Positions 36,201-64,000 of a DNA stretch of 64,000 nucleotides are shown one piece after another (positions within the stretch are counted from its first letter, which is position 1; each line of letters begins with the position of its first letter). Made by a program: the position numbers and the translations under genes. The stretch is taken from contig CBDBCZ010000013.1 of assembly GCA_965203295.1 (NCBI GenBank), positions 480,001 through 544,000 of the forward strand, written 5' to 3'. Under the pieces are notes generated by a model. The model had not been told where the DNA came from. It saw nothing but the letters and a program-made list of their open reading frames with translations, and did not search any database. The DNA is from Nitrospirales bacterium (GTDB taxonomy: Bacteria > Nitrospirota > Nitrospiria > Nitrospirales > UBA8639).

Positions 36201-39200
36201 AGAACATAATATACTACCAAATTTTAATTTAGTAATATCACAAACTACTTAAGAAGCATGTCTAAATACACACACATGAAAGAGTAATCTCAAGACTGCG
36301 CAATTCATTCATATACTCCAGAGACATTCCTTACACTCCTAGCTATTGAAAGAATGCCCTGGTTGCGATATTCACAGCCAATCATCTGTAATGTATATCA
36401 TGATTATGGAACAGGCTTGGCAGCTTGGCTCCTCACGGGTGTGGGCGGTGCTCTGTAGCTGGCTCTGTCCTTTAACCTAGCCTCATTCCAAGACCCCGTG
36501 ACACAGGAAAATGGTTCCATGAAAGCCATCACAGTTCGTGTAACTTAAAAATGGCATGGGGTCTGGGAATGAGGCTAGGTCTATCCTAACCTACCATGCA
36601 TGCATCCTCAGTGTTCATAAGAAAGTGCCGGGGGGGGGGGGGCAAATGTGGAATGTTGATGAGTTGGGGGGGGGGGGGGGGGCAAATGTGGAATGTTGAT
36701 GAGTTGGGGGGGGGGGGGTGTACTGGCTATGTACAAATTATGAAGGATTGGCAATCTAAGATCTAAGGGGGAACAAATTCTTCAAATTTTGGTGAGATCA
36801 CTATTAATCCGTAATACATGTATATATGCATGAATAATTACTACATTATGCATGTACAGTGGAACCCCTCAGGACACAACCTGAATAAGGACACCTCTGC
36901 GTTAAGGACACTTTGTTACGTCCCAAATACGCTTTCTAAATATAAATCTACCCCTGAAACGAGTCTATACAGTATATGCTTTACCAGGTCCCCAAGATGT
37001 ACACAATAAAGGAGTTCCACACGTCCTTATAGTACATGTACAATGCACCTCAGAGTCTGAGTCTGAGTAAATATACTCCTGAAATGAGGACACCTCTGTA
37101 TACAGGACACTTTACCAGGTCCCCAAGGTGTCCACAATAAAGGAGTTCCACTGTACACGTCCTTATAGTACAATGCACCTCAGAGTCGGAGTCCAGTGGC
37201 TCTATGAAAGTCGTCCATCTACTGTCTCCTCCCTCGATCAGCACTGGGTGTGGCAGCTGCCATGGAAACAATCACAGTGACTACAGCGACTGCTCTGCTA
37301 CAGACTACCCTGATACAGAGTTACGTGTTCGACTGGAGAGAAATCGCACAACTGCCCATTAACTAACAGAATGATAGAGAAAACACAACGGCCTATATCG
37401 CCAGTCCAAATTAATCTTTTGTTTCACAGACTTTTAAATTGTTCCTTGTACCAGTAACCCAGTAGGCCGGTCAGAAAATTTCAAAATCCACTCTTTGACC
37501 CATGATGCATTAGAAAATTTTATTTTGAAACCACCAGTACATGTAACTCTCTAAAATTCTTCTCCCAGCCAATTTTCAAACTTTTTCGACAAACTGCAAT
37601 GGTTACAAACCCCGTTTCACGACAACTAACGGCCAAGTAAAACTGTACGATGTCTTCATTATAGCTAAAATTTGCCACGTGCTCTCAGGGCTATGGCATC
37701 ATTCATTTATAAATATGAGGTGAACACGACGGGCCCTCCCACACAATTCATTTTCCTTTCTAGGACACAATGAACCGGATCTGTGAAACAGAATATCAAC
37801 TTGGTCTGGCCATAGACAGTACAGTACCAGGCAAATGAAATGCAACATAACTAGGTGAATGCAAGCATTGTGGGGCGAGCGTGAGCGAGGTATTAGCCCA
37901 TGCGTACGATAGCGGCGACGCGCCCTCAGCAGCTCTTTTGGCTCCTTCTCTCGCCTCAGTGTCACTTGTCGGTGGCCCCCCGAGAAATGACAGCTCTTCT
38001 GGCTCTAGAACTCGCTCTCTGCTGTTCCAATGTGACTTATCGCCAACCTGGGGATATATACGGCAGCGCTGTAGCCTCTGCCGCTGCAGTCTACTCTGTG
38101 AGAGCATCCCTAAGCTAGCTGCACTGCAGCCACCGTGGCCACGTGAACAATTTGGAATATTACGGAAACTATTTGAAACGTTATATTGAAACGCGAAACG
38201 ATATGCGGTATGTGCGTACGTACGTACGTACGTGCGTACACCGTACGCACAGACAAATTCTCAATTGAACACACTAGTGTGGGGCTCGCTCACGCTCGCC
38301 CAATAACGGTATAGGAATTCGTAGTTACGGACAGCGTAGTATGGTGTAGTGTAATTACAGAATGATAAAAAAGCAGCGTACTTGTGTTACAGTAGAGTGT
38401 AGCTGTGGTTAACTCTTACTACACTGTTTGTGCAATGTACGTACATGTAGCATACCCAAGTGTAGTCGTGGTCAGTGTAATACGGCGCAACTGTGTGTAT
38501 GTAACTACGGCATTGCTACGCTCTGTATGATGTGTACAGTTTAAGGGTATTGTAATTACGTCATCTGTAGTGTAATCGTAATGTACGTAATGTAATAACG
38601 TTGCATTTAGTTTCACTGGTACTATAGAGTACTAGAAGTCCTTGTACTCTACTACAGTATCTATGGGCTGGCCTTAGCCTTGTTCCCAGGCTGACCGCTT
38701 ATTTTACTACGTGCAAAAAAAAGCTGGGCAGAAGGAACTAGGAACAAGGCTAGTCTGGCCTAAGGATGAATACATGTGTTAAAAAGACATTAATTAAACC
38801 TGACAGTTAGTGGTTGACGGTCCACCCGGTTTTAATCAGCTAGAGAACACACAAACCCAGCTCATGCTCGCGGCCACTCACCTGCTCCTCCCCCGGCTGC
38901 GGCTGGGGCTCGTCAGCCGTGAAGGTGCTGGCGTAGTCCTCGGGAGGGTGCATGGGGTTCTCCAGGGCTGCCGCCACCCTACGAGGGACACATACAGCTT
39001 GCTAGACTATATATGGTGTACATAATGTGCTTTGATCTTTCGAATATAATTTTAATGAGAGGTCTATAGACACCTTATCAAAAATTCGTACATGTATTTT
39101 ACACTGAGAAACTGAAAGCTGGAAACTATAGCCTAAGCTAGATAGTGCCACCAGGCAGGTATCTCAGCTGTTTATAATTAGCGACCTCACATAATCGCCT

Positions 39201-42200
39201 TGGTCTTCATCCTCATGAAGTAATTGTAGGTAGCATCCATCAGGTCTCTAAAACAGCTAAGATACTCGCCTGAGGGCACTAACCTATACTTGAAAACTAC
39301 CGCTTGTTGGGAAAGCACTCCTAGGGGATTTGTTTGTGAACCCTACATATCTGCATGTGGCTACTTCATGTGTATTCATGTGTACAGCAATGATGTCTTA
39401 TTACAACAGTATTGTGTATTTGTTGTGCTAGCTGATCAAGACATACAGTTAATAGCACATGCCACACTACAGTGGACCAGGTCTGTCTAATCCATACAGA
39501 TCTTGTACCCAGGCACGTCCCGACTCCTGATCTATAATAACATTAATCAATTAAGGCTAATTAGGCCCCAACTAAAGTCAACTCCTCCCAATTCATTTGG
39601 TAGTCAACGTAAAGTACGAAGCAGTGCTATATTCACATACTTGCCCAAAACACATTTTGCCGTGAATATTTCCAGAACGAGTTACTATAATAGCTGCCTA
39701 ACATTAAAGGCAATTGTGAGTGAATCTTGCGTGGCACATTTCAAGTTCCTGTGGCTAGCTTCAAGTTAGCTACCTGTAGGGACATGTAACTAGAGAAGAT
39801 TTGTGTAGCAGTAGTTATTAGTAACTCGTTCCACTGCAAATGTGTTTTGGACGAGTAAGTGGATAAAGTAGCTTTGAAGAGCATGCAGAGAGTACCTCCT
39901 CCTATAGTCTCTGAATCTGTGCCTAGTCTAGTACATGGCTATGTATCCTAGTCTAGTATATGGCTATGCAGTACATGGCTATGTATCTTTGTCTAGTACA
40001 TGGCTATGCAGTACATGGCTATGTATCCTAGTCTAGTATATGGCTATGCAGTACATGGCTATGTATCCTAGTCTAGTATATGGCTATGTATCCTAGTCTA
40101 GTATATGGCTATGCAGTACATGGCTATGTATCCTAGTCTAGTATATGGCTATGCAGTACATGGCTATGTATCCTAGTCTAGTATATGGCTATGTATCCTA
40201 GTCTAGTATATGGCTATGTATCCTAGTCTAGTATATGGCTATGCAGTACATGGCTATGTATCCTAGTCTAGTATATGGCTATGTATCCAGTCTGGTACAT
40301 GGCTATGTATGCTAGTCTAGTATATGGCTATGCAGTACATGGCTATGTATCCTTGTCTAGTATATGGCTATGTAGTACATGGCTGGCTATATGTCGTACA
40401 TCACAGTGTGGAATCCAGTCTGCACTGTGATGACTGTGCTCCAATGGAAGGTGTGCATTTTTGTGATCACATTTGATGGGAAGATTATAGTCTCCATCCC
40501 ATTGTAGTATCTTGGAGCCTTACTGTCAGGAAACTTTGACCCCAGGTCTAATATATGTGCACACAAACAGATATTTCTCACTTCTCAGCCTCCTTCTGTC
40601 CCCTCATCATGTTCATCTTCTGGACATGCTTCCGGCAGTCAGCAGCGTTGCCCTTCCCGAACACCTGCACGGATGAGTCGTGAAACTAGTGAATAACACA
40701 GCAGTCTCGCATCATGACCCTGAGCTCTGATATGCACGTGAAGTACCATATGAGAAATAGCAGTTCTACAAATTTAGAACACTATACAACTAGCCTCGTG
40801 CCCAGTCTCCATAGCCTCGTACCTAGGCCACACCTACCAGGGCTTTATTCAGGTTCTTATGTTGGGGGGGGGGGGGGGGAAACAGTGACCTGTAAAGAAG
40901 CACGGATCACTAGGGGGGTATAGGGGCATGCCCCCCCCAATAACATTTTTGACTTCTGAAGCCACTTTGGAGTCAAATTAATGGTCCTGAAAAAACAATA
41001 TAAGTGTTAGTTATTGTTATGATATGTATATTAATATTACTACACTACTGCTACTTAAATTTCTCTACCCTGTCTCTCGTCTGTCCTCTACTTTCACTCT
41101 CCGTGGCAAAACGCTTTTTGCCACGGCTGCGAAAAAAGCTGTGAGGGAAGGCCTGGGTACGAGGCTAATCTCTATACCATGAATAGCCTATAGCCTAACC
41201 TTGACAACCGACTGCTTCTCATTGCAGACCTTACACACCCACTTGTTGGTCTTCTTAACCTGAGGGTGAAAATGCTAAATGATTACGCCATTATTTCAGA
41301 GGCACAGTGTACATGCAAGTACTAGAGGGAGTCCTGTATCCTAAGCACTTTAAAACAGAGCAGCAGACCAGTTCTGCTTTAGCCTCGTTCCCAGGCTCTC
41401 GTCCAGGGAATGGGGAATGGTAAACAGAGCTAGCCGCGTTCCCAGGCTCTCGTCCAGGGAATGGGGAATGGTAAACAGAGCTAGCCTCGTTCCCAGGCTC
41501 TCGTCCAGGGAATGAGAAACGGGAAACAGAGCTAGCCTCGTTCCCAGGCTCTCGTCCAGGGAATGGGGAATGGTAAACAGAGCTAGCCTCGTTCCCAGGC
41601 TCTCGTCCAGGGAATGGGGAATGGTAAACAGAGCTAGCCTCGTTCCCAGGCTCTCGTCCAGGGAATGAGAAACGGGAAACAGAGCTAGCCTCGTTCCCAG
41701 GCTCTCGTCCAGGGAATGGGGAATGGTAAACAGAGCTAGCCTCGTTCCCAGGCTCTCATCCAGGTTGTTGTTGCTCCGCTTGTTGTATTGCAAGAGATGA
41801 AAAGTTCAATGATTCAGAGAGCCTGGGAATGAGGCGAGCTCTGTTTCCATTCCTTATTCTGGTGGGTGCAGAAGCTATGAGCGGAAAAGCTCCGCTCATA
41901 TAAAGCTCCTGGCGAGACTAAGTTGGTTGCACGATAGAGTTGTCCCACCGCTGTACCTTTGTACAACCAACTAAACCAGGGGGTTGGGGTCGAGGCTACT
42001 TCTGCTGCACCGTGGCAACTTTCTGATCTCCCAGTACAAGTTGGACGATTGCTAAACTGGTTTGCCTTCAGCATCCTCCCACACACAGACCAAAACTTAT
42101 GATGCAAGTGGTAGTCTGGATTACACAACAACCCTGCATCTCTCAGCTGCTAATCTACTATATCAGTGTAAAAAATCAAAAGCACATGTACATAATTTAG

Positions 42201-42487
42201 CAGGCCGCACCTGCTCAGTGCTTACCCCCTTATCCCCACCCATAGAAAGTAGATAGTAGAGTGGAAGGACTGTCCTTTTACTCTACTTATCTATGTCCCC
42301 ACCATTAATTGGCCTTCATTCTAGTCTCATTCCCAGACCCACCACGCCTGACTGGGAACGAGACTGTCTTCATTCCCAGCTGCTAAATCATGTCAATTTC
42401 TATCGACTAGTACCTCACCTGGTGCACTTGGAAAGTCTCACACGAGTAGCAGCGTACCACCATGAAAACCTGGACCATCTTTGCCAT
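33220..42487 (-). CDS. MRNIP: MRN complex-interacting protein (C5orf45 family)
   Basis: Exons 42487/42478-42419 (MVQVFMVVRCYSCETFQVHQ), 41259-41200 (VKKTNKWVCKVCNEKQSVVK) and 40664-40582 (VFGKGNAADCRKHVQKMNMMRG) match the conserved MRNIP N-terminal zinc-ribbon region. Further exons: 39247-39191 (optional), 38978-38882, 37256-37179, 35548-35466, 34808-34761 (uncertain) and last exon ~33712-33220, ending SSRWTKFVHEEESGEEDL. The 3' exon junctions are less certain. Confidence 0.85.
33879..34112 (+). repeat. Interstitial degenerate (TTAGGG)n tracts inside a small inverted-repeat element (~33811-34143)
   Basis: GGGTTA/GGGCTA runs bracketed by GATTCATCCGC / TGAATGAATCGGCGG motifs. Confidence 0.8.
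34472..34755. mobile_element. TAG..CTA MITE (Academ-like), 9-bp TSD
   Basis: About 40-bp TIR TAGTCTCATGCCCAGCCCCACATT; flanks ATTACAGCT / ATTACAGTT; inverted sister copy at 46774-47041. Confidence 0.85.
37850..38305 (+). mobile_element. Helentron/HINE-like element
   Basis: ACTAG start, GGGCGAGCGTGAGCGAG / CTCGCTCACGCTCGCCC inverted repeat, (CGTA)n tract near the 3' end. Confidence 0.6.
39922..40385. repeat. Composite minisatellite (TGGCTATGTATCCTAGTCTAGTATA / TGGCTATGCAGTACA)
   Basis: 25-bp and 15-bp subunits alternating irregularly. Confidence 0.95.
41380..41763. repeat. 51-bp minisatellite built from a TAGCCTCGTTCCCAGG MITE end
   Basis: 7.5 units; variant order AAB AAB A; inverted partner end at ~41818-41853. 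Confidence 0.95.
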
Positions 42488-42813
42488 CTACCGACTTTGT
42501 CTTTGCCGCCAAAATAATTATAGGAAGGGGGTGGAGCAGAGCCGGCTACGCTTTGTGCATGCCACAAAGCAACAGAGAAACCAGCAGAGTCTGTGGACTA
42601 AAAGCTGCTGAGTTTACGATCAGGCTATGTTGGTAAATAGATGATAGTTCATTCATTTGCATGCTTGTGCGTGATGAATTCCCGCAGCATGCAGACGTAG
42701 ATGTGGGGGTGTGGCTAGCAGTACGCATGCGCAAAAGTGGTGGTTTGCATCATTACCACATCTAAGGTAACAAGCCTACGTCATAATTAATTCAAAGAAA
42801 AACACGTCGAAAA
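42488..42813. promoter_or_regulatory. Bidirectional promoter between MRNIP and TTC39C
   Basis: About 330 bp between divergent start codons; contains an NRF1-like CGCATGCGCA (~42724-42733). Confidence 0.65.
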
Positions 42814-58955
<16,142 letters not shown>

Positions 58956-60532
58956 GATTCTGTCACCTCTACATGTACCCTTCTCTGTCTGTGCACATGT
59001 AATCACTCACCCGGTGCATTTCCGACGTTCACGCTCTGTATGTACTATACATCTGAAATGTTTTTTTATTATTACCTGCACAAAGTTATATCTGAAAGAT
59101 GATGGCTATTAATTTTTTGCTTTAAGTCAACCAAGTGTACACATGCACACGTATCATAAACACACACACACACACACACACAGCCTCGTACCCAAACCTA
59201 TGGAATTTTGCGACAGGTCTAGGTATATACATGTATGAGGCTACAAGGGCCGAAGAACCAGAGTGATTTAGTTCAAAACAAGACTGGGAATTACATCAAT
59301 GCGGTAAAAAAAACGTGCATAAACGCACGTCATGTACCCTAGATCTCAAATGTTTAGTATAATTATTATAGCTAGTATGTCATATAGAACAATAATGAAC
59401 ACATGCAAAGAAAGGGCCTTATTGTGGTTTTGAAATTAATATTCTTATACATGTACCTCCTTCTCCTGCATGTTTGTTTGTTAAGGTAGCTATAAAGGAG
59501 TTATATGCGCATGTAGACTGTTTGCTTTATATCTGAAAAAGCCTAAAGTTCATCATCGTGTTCAACAGTTTAATATTCTAGAAATGAATGGACAACTGCC
59601 TGCATACATTTGTAAGCAGGGCAGTACAGGCTGTGTGCAGGATTCTGGCAAAATAATGGGTGTAGTGGTGTGATCTCACAATGTACTTAGTGAGGGTAAA
59701 CGATCAAGAACAGGCTCACTGAGTTTTTTCACATCTGTTAGACTAGTGAATTACCATGCATTGTTCAGCGTTGGACTTGTTTGTACTTACGACATTAAGT
59801 AGCCACTTGATCTAACTGTCATTGTTGTATTATATTCTCAGGAGCCATACAGCCCACAATTGTTCCTCAGCACCAATACTGAAAGTGATCGACAGTGCAG
59901 AAATAAGTGAGCTGGTTCACGATTGTGAGACAATCACTGTAGTATTAGCTCTCTGTCACTGTTGCTTTTGTGTCAAAGTTTTTCGGCACTGCAATTCCAG
60001 CTCTTCACCAATTCACCTACTATAGTCTATATTATATTATTATCATGCCAATATTATTTGCCAAAAGCCTACATCTCTCCCTGTGCAGATATTGCATGCT
60101 TGGCACAGGATACATATGGGGGGCTAAACTAACTACATCGCAGACCATTTCAAAACTTATTAAGTCTTATAAGATACAATTTTATGAATATGATGTGAGC
60201 AGCAAAACATGTATAGGTACCTGGTTGTGATAATTACAGGATCAACGTATGTTGGAAATGTTAAGAAAATGATTGAAAGGAACCAGTGACAATGATTACA
60301 GCACAAAACCTTAACTGGATAATAATAAGCAATGAATGTAACAATTTTTATTGTAGCAAATGAATAATATGCAGTATGCACTTACAACCAAATGCAGTGA
60401 ACTGAGAAAATACAAGACCAAAATAACGGAGAGGACTGAAAATTCATGTTGGCATGAAAAAAGCAAACCAGTACAAATTCAATTATGTCTGAACAGTGTT
60501 TCCATGACATTGTGGCATGGCTTTAAAAGTTT

Positions 60533-63500
60533 TTAAGAAGCTTCCAACAGACCGAGAGGTTCACGAAGCTGAAGAACTGACATGGTATACCCAGTTGTAC
60601 CGGCTACTGTGGTACCATTATTAGCGGTTGCTGTGGTACCATTATTAGTGGGTGCTGCTGAATCTTTGTCACGAACACGACTGTCACATTGCGGCTCCCT
60701 GCGTTTCTCAAGAATGGACTTCAAGAATCTACTATTTTTGGCCTGCAGCCAGGCGTGGTAAAGAAGGATTCCAACAAACTGAAGTAGGGTAACACCAACT
60801 GAGTTGTACGCAAGGGCAAGCTGGTTTCCTCCAGCCAATCTGACATGATACGTACCAATTGCAAGAATGCCCAAATTTAAGATAAAAGAAGTTTCCAAAA
60901 TATCCAGATACCAGTTCTTGTAAAGCTGACCGATAAACCGACTCGTAACCATTAGCCCCATTGTTATTGAGGAGATGGCAAGAAGGTTCACGCTAGGATC
61001 ATCAAAAATATTTACAGCAAAGATGAGAAACAAAACACACCTGATTAAAAGCAACAACCCAGGCCAAGCGCGGTATTTGGTTTCAAAAGGTGCGTGATAA
61101 GCCTCCAGGAAAGGTATTATCCTACGACTTCTCTTTGATCGGAAGGTCAGCTGCCCAAACAGAAGCAGTAAGGTATATGGTAGAAATAGCAGCAAAAGAA
61201 CTAACAGAGAGACTACAAAGAGCGCTGCATGTTTGCCCTGAAGGTACGGAACGTTTCCATCGTAAAGCCAGACAACAGGATTTGGACCATCGGGGTAATC
61301 CAGGAAGGTAAACGACAGGGCAGAAATGACTGTACTAAGAATCTTGGTGTACGACATTAGGAAGAGAGTTGATAGCACTGCAACAGGGTTGTTACCGATT
61401 AGCCTTGATGCAAATGACGAATAATGACTGAGAACTATCAAGATGCCTATCAGAGTCCACACATAGAGAGGGAAGGCAAACTGCAGCCATGTCTTAACAT
61501 AAGCATCCATTCCATCAAAGAAACAGGTCTCGATGCCGAGATCTAGGTTCAGCCATGCTATGAAGATGAATGAAATGTTGCTTTTCCCAAGGGGAAAAAA
61601 GATGGATTTATTTAATGCAACTATGTTAGCATAAAAGATGAGCCCGTTGATGGTACCAACTGCGACAGTTAACTTGAAGAATAATAGAAAGCATACCAAA
61701 GCGATGCCAGCAATAACAAATGCGACTAGCAGTGCAAGGTACTTATTTGAACACGGCAAGCAGTGATTACTACCCAGGGCAAGACTGAGAGTTGGTTTGC
61801 AAGCTCCACACAGAGTTCCTGAACGTCCGAACACACACTGTTGATCAGGGGTGGTTGGATCTACGTAAAAAGCGGCATCATCACTTCTGCAGTAGTCCAA
61901 AGGACAGTGTGGATGAATTATCAAGCTTTCACTGCTGATGTTTTCCTCCATTACAGCACTTATCCAGAAATCTCCAGATCGTTCGATTGTTCCATCCTGT
62001 ACATTGCAAGTATTGGTATACCGCTGAAGTTTTCTTAGACAAATACATTCCGAGAAGGACAGCTCGAATCCTACTGGACATGGTAAAAAAGACACTGGAA
62101 GTGAGTATTGTGTTGTTCCTTCACCACTGCAAGGACCCTCTGCAAACAGAGCGACTTCTCCAAAATCATCTGGCGAGTTTATTGTGAAATGCAGATCAGT
62201 ACACGCTCCTCCTATGCGCTGGATCAGTTCATTTTCTCTCAAAAACAAGTTCACACTGGATGTGTTTTGAATCGGTACTACTGTTCGGATGTCTGCTGGA
62301 ACGGGTACACCAGTTTGGTCGATTGCAACTACTGGAAGTGTCAGCGTCTGCCCACGCACGGTACGCTGGAGAGGGAACGCCACGTTGCATTTTGGCTGGC
62401 CATCTTCACACAAGCAGATGTCAAATGGATCGGATGAAATATTAATGGGGGCTGAAAAATTTTGAGAGACAAACGTAGAAATCAATTCAAATCTTTCCAA
62501 GGCGTTTAGGCCCTCAAACTGCAAGGGCTCTTCAGCATCAAGGTTGCATTTATCCAGTTGTCCCCCATACAATACATTTCCTCTGTCCTTAGCTACATTG
62601 GACTCAAAAACAAGATGAGGGTCGGCAAAAGTTTCAACCACTTGGTAAAAACACCGGCTTCGGAATAAAGTCGTCAAATTAGTATCGCAATCTGCAGGAT
62701 TTGTAAAATCTTCAACGAAGATAGCTGCACCACGGTCAGCAGTACTATACTGAAAAGACAACAATGATCCATTAAAAAAGTATATCCTTGACTCGTATCC
62801 CAGAAAAATTCCACCACCCTCTGGAGCTGAATTATTTCTGTATAAAGTGGTAGAGCTTGTGTTCAGTGTTAAGCTGCTGTTTAGTAGGAAGCTTGCACCG
62901 CCCCTTTTCAACGCTGAGTTATTAACAAACTGAACATTTCCATTGATGGTAAGACTGGAGCTTACTGCATAGAGAGCTCCACCTTCGAGTCGTGCTGTAT
63001 TGTTAATGAAACTACAGTTGCCTTCGATATGTACATCAGCACGGATTACATATATCACGCTACCTTGTAATCCTGTATTATTGGTGAAAGTGTTGTGCCC
63101 ACTAATGCTTAACGTGCCAACGGTCAATTGCACACAGCTTGATTGTATCATTGCAACGTTGTTCGAAAAAGTGTTTCTTCCATCTAAGACTACTGTGCTG
63201 AGTGCAGCATTAATACCAGAACCTGTCAGCGCTGAATTCTGCATAAACACGCTTCTTGCTAAGACTATGGTACTATAGTATGTTGCATGGATTGCACCAC
63301 CAGTTGTTCCTGCTGTGTTGCCTTGAAATTGAATTGGTCCTATTGAAATGACTCTACTGTTGATCAAATTCATGGCACCACCAACAGACGTATTTGGATG
63401 CATCGCATGATTATATTTGAAGCTGTTTGATCCGCTAAAGGAATAATATATCGTGCTACTTAGTGCAGTAATAGCACCTCCAGCAATGGCTACATTGCCT

Positions 63501-64000
63501 ATAAAAAGCATGTTTCCATAACTACTCAATGTACTTTGGTTGAGATATACTGCACCTCCAGAAAGTGCCGTATTTCCTTGAAACACACACACACCAGTCA
63601 TGATCAACGAGCTACTAGTGGCATGTATTGCACCACCATATACTGCAGTGTTGTTGGAAAACATTATCGTTCCTCTAATGTTAACATTGCTCTCAAGAAA
63701 CGCAATGGCTCCAAAAGGATCAACACTGGTAAACCAATTGTCACTAAAGTAGCTGTTTCCTTCAAAGGTAATTGTGCTACTCCTAATATATCCTCCCCCT
63801 TGATTACCTATGAAGGTGCTATTTGCAATGGTGATACTGCTCTGGAAAACGAAGATCCCATGTTCAAGACTGTCTTCCAAAGAAACCGTTTTGAGCACAA
63901 AGTGTTTGACAAATAGTACAATGAGTGCAAAACTATAATTATAGATTCCACATGAGTGAAAACTGAGAGAGTTTATTTCAGCCAGGTGAATGCTATTGAA
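60533..64000 (-). CDS. Intronless membrane protein: Pmp-type (GGA[ILV]..FxxN) beta-helix repeats + Cys-rich stalk + ~9 TM segments; 5' end outside window
   Basis: 1121-aa ORF whose frame stays open for another 34 codons to position 64000. Many FxxNxAxxGGAI repeats, CPVGF/CPLDYC/GRSGTLCGAC Cys-rich region and multiple hydrophobic helices. Confidence 0.9.
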   Translation of the reverse strand, partial: FNSIHLAEINSLSFHSCGIYNYSFALIVLFVKHFVLKTVSLEDSLEHGIFVFQSSITIANSTFIGNQGGGYIRSSTITFEGNSYFSDNWFTSVDPFGAIAFLESNVNIRGTIMFSNNTAVYGGAIHATSSSLIMTGVCVFQGNTALSGGAVYLNQSTLSSYGNMLFIGNVAIAGGAITALSSTIYYSFSGSNSFKYNHAMHPNTSVGGAMNLINSRVISIGPIQFQGNTAGTTGGAIHATYYSTIVLARSVFMQNSALTGSGINAALSTVVLDGRNTFSNNVAMIQSSCVQLTVGTLSISGHNTFTNNTGLQGSVIYVIRADVHIEGNCSFINNTARLEGGALYAVSSSLTINGNVQFVNNSALKRGGASFLLNSSLTLNTSSTTLYRNNSAPEGGGIFLGYESRIYFFNGSLLSFQYSTADRGAAIFVEDFTNPADCDTNLTTLFRSRCFYQVVETFADPHLVFESNVAKDRGNVLYGGQLDKCNLDAEEPLQFEGLNALERFELISTFVSQNFSAPINISSDPFDICLCEDGQPKCNVAFPLQRTVRGQTLTLPVVAIDQTGVPVPADIRTVVPIQNTSSVNLFLRENELIQRIGGACTDLHFTINSPDDFGEVALFAEGPCSGEGTTQYSLPVSFLPCPVGFELSFSECICLRKLQRYTNTCNVQDGTIERSGDFWISAVMEENISSESLIIHPHCPLDYCRSDDAAFYVDPTTPDQQCVFGRSGTLCGACKPTLSLALGSNHCLPCSNKYLALLVAFVIAGIALVCFLLFFKLTVAVGTINGLIFYANIVALNKSIFFPLGKSNISFIFIAWLNLDLGIETCFFDGMDAYVKTWLQFAFPLYVWTLIGILIVLSHYSSFASRLIGNNPVAVLSTLFLMSYTKILSTVISALSFTFLDYPDGPNPVVWLYDGNVPYLQGKHAALFVVSLLVLLLLFLPYTLLLLFGQLTFRSKRSRRIIPFLEAYHAPFETKYRAWPGLLLLIRCVLFLIFAVNIFDDPSVNLLAISSITMGLMVTSRFIGQLYKNWYLDILETSFILNLGILAIGTYHVRLAGGNQLALAYNSVGVTLLQFVGILLYHAWLQAKNSRFLKSILEKRREPQCDSRVRDKDSAAPTNNGTTATANNGTTVAGTTGYTMSVLQLREPLGLLEAS

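Noticed and set aside
41350..41793. 147-aa ORF with SLDESLGTRL repeats; CRISPR-like appearance
   Set aside because: 51-bp tandem repeat with no unique spacers and no cas genes in a eukaryotic intron; the ORF is a by-product of a unit length divisible by 3.
61090..63916. Plus-strand ORFs overlapping the Pmp-like gene, and antisense ORFs over the GDPH and TTC39C exons
   Set aside because: Shadow ORFs of real coding sequence on the opposite strand.
60533..64000. Bacterial contamination / autotransporter
   Set aside because: The C-terminus is alpha-helical multi-TM with a Cys-rich eukaryotic-type stalk, not a beta-barrel, and the ORF is contiguous with spliced genes.

Overview
Intron-rich eukaryotic DNA, most likely a demosponge. 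This is inferred from gene content, short GT-AG introns, (CA)n microsatellites, the TAGCCTCG..CGAGGCTA repeat family and frequent TACATGTA motifs. The supplied ORF track is mostly exon fragments and spurious ORFs, so the genes were rebuilt by hand from splice signals. Left half (minus strand): two tandem paralogues of a secreted modular protein. They share an identical signal peptide, a homologous first Ig-like exon and a nearly identical C-terminal GDPH / inter-alpha-trypsin-inhibitor heavy-chain C-terminal (ITI_HC_C)-like domain, but have different middles. Gene A (13239-4112) has 3 more Ig-like exons. Gene B (28332-15198) has a DOMON domain with haem-type Met/His ligands, and its Ig exon carries a 4-bp frameshift. 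All module borders are phase-1 introns. This exon-shuffled 'variable payload + self-cleaving/glycan-ligating tail' family is the most interesting feature of the window. Right half: MRNIP (minus) head-to-head with a 13-exon TTC39C-like gene (plus), then an intronless ORF of more than 1150 aa with Pmp-type beta-helix repeats and about 9 TM segments that runs off the window edge. Introns are packed with non-autonomous DNA transposons (Kolobok-like, CACTG/CMC-like, Academ-like TAG..CTA MITEs, Helentron-like), a LINE 3' fragment, tRNA-Thr-like repeats and minisatellites.
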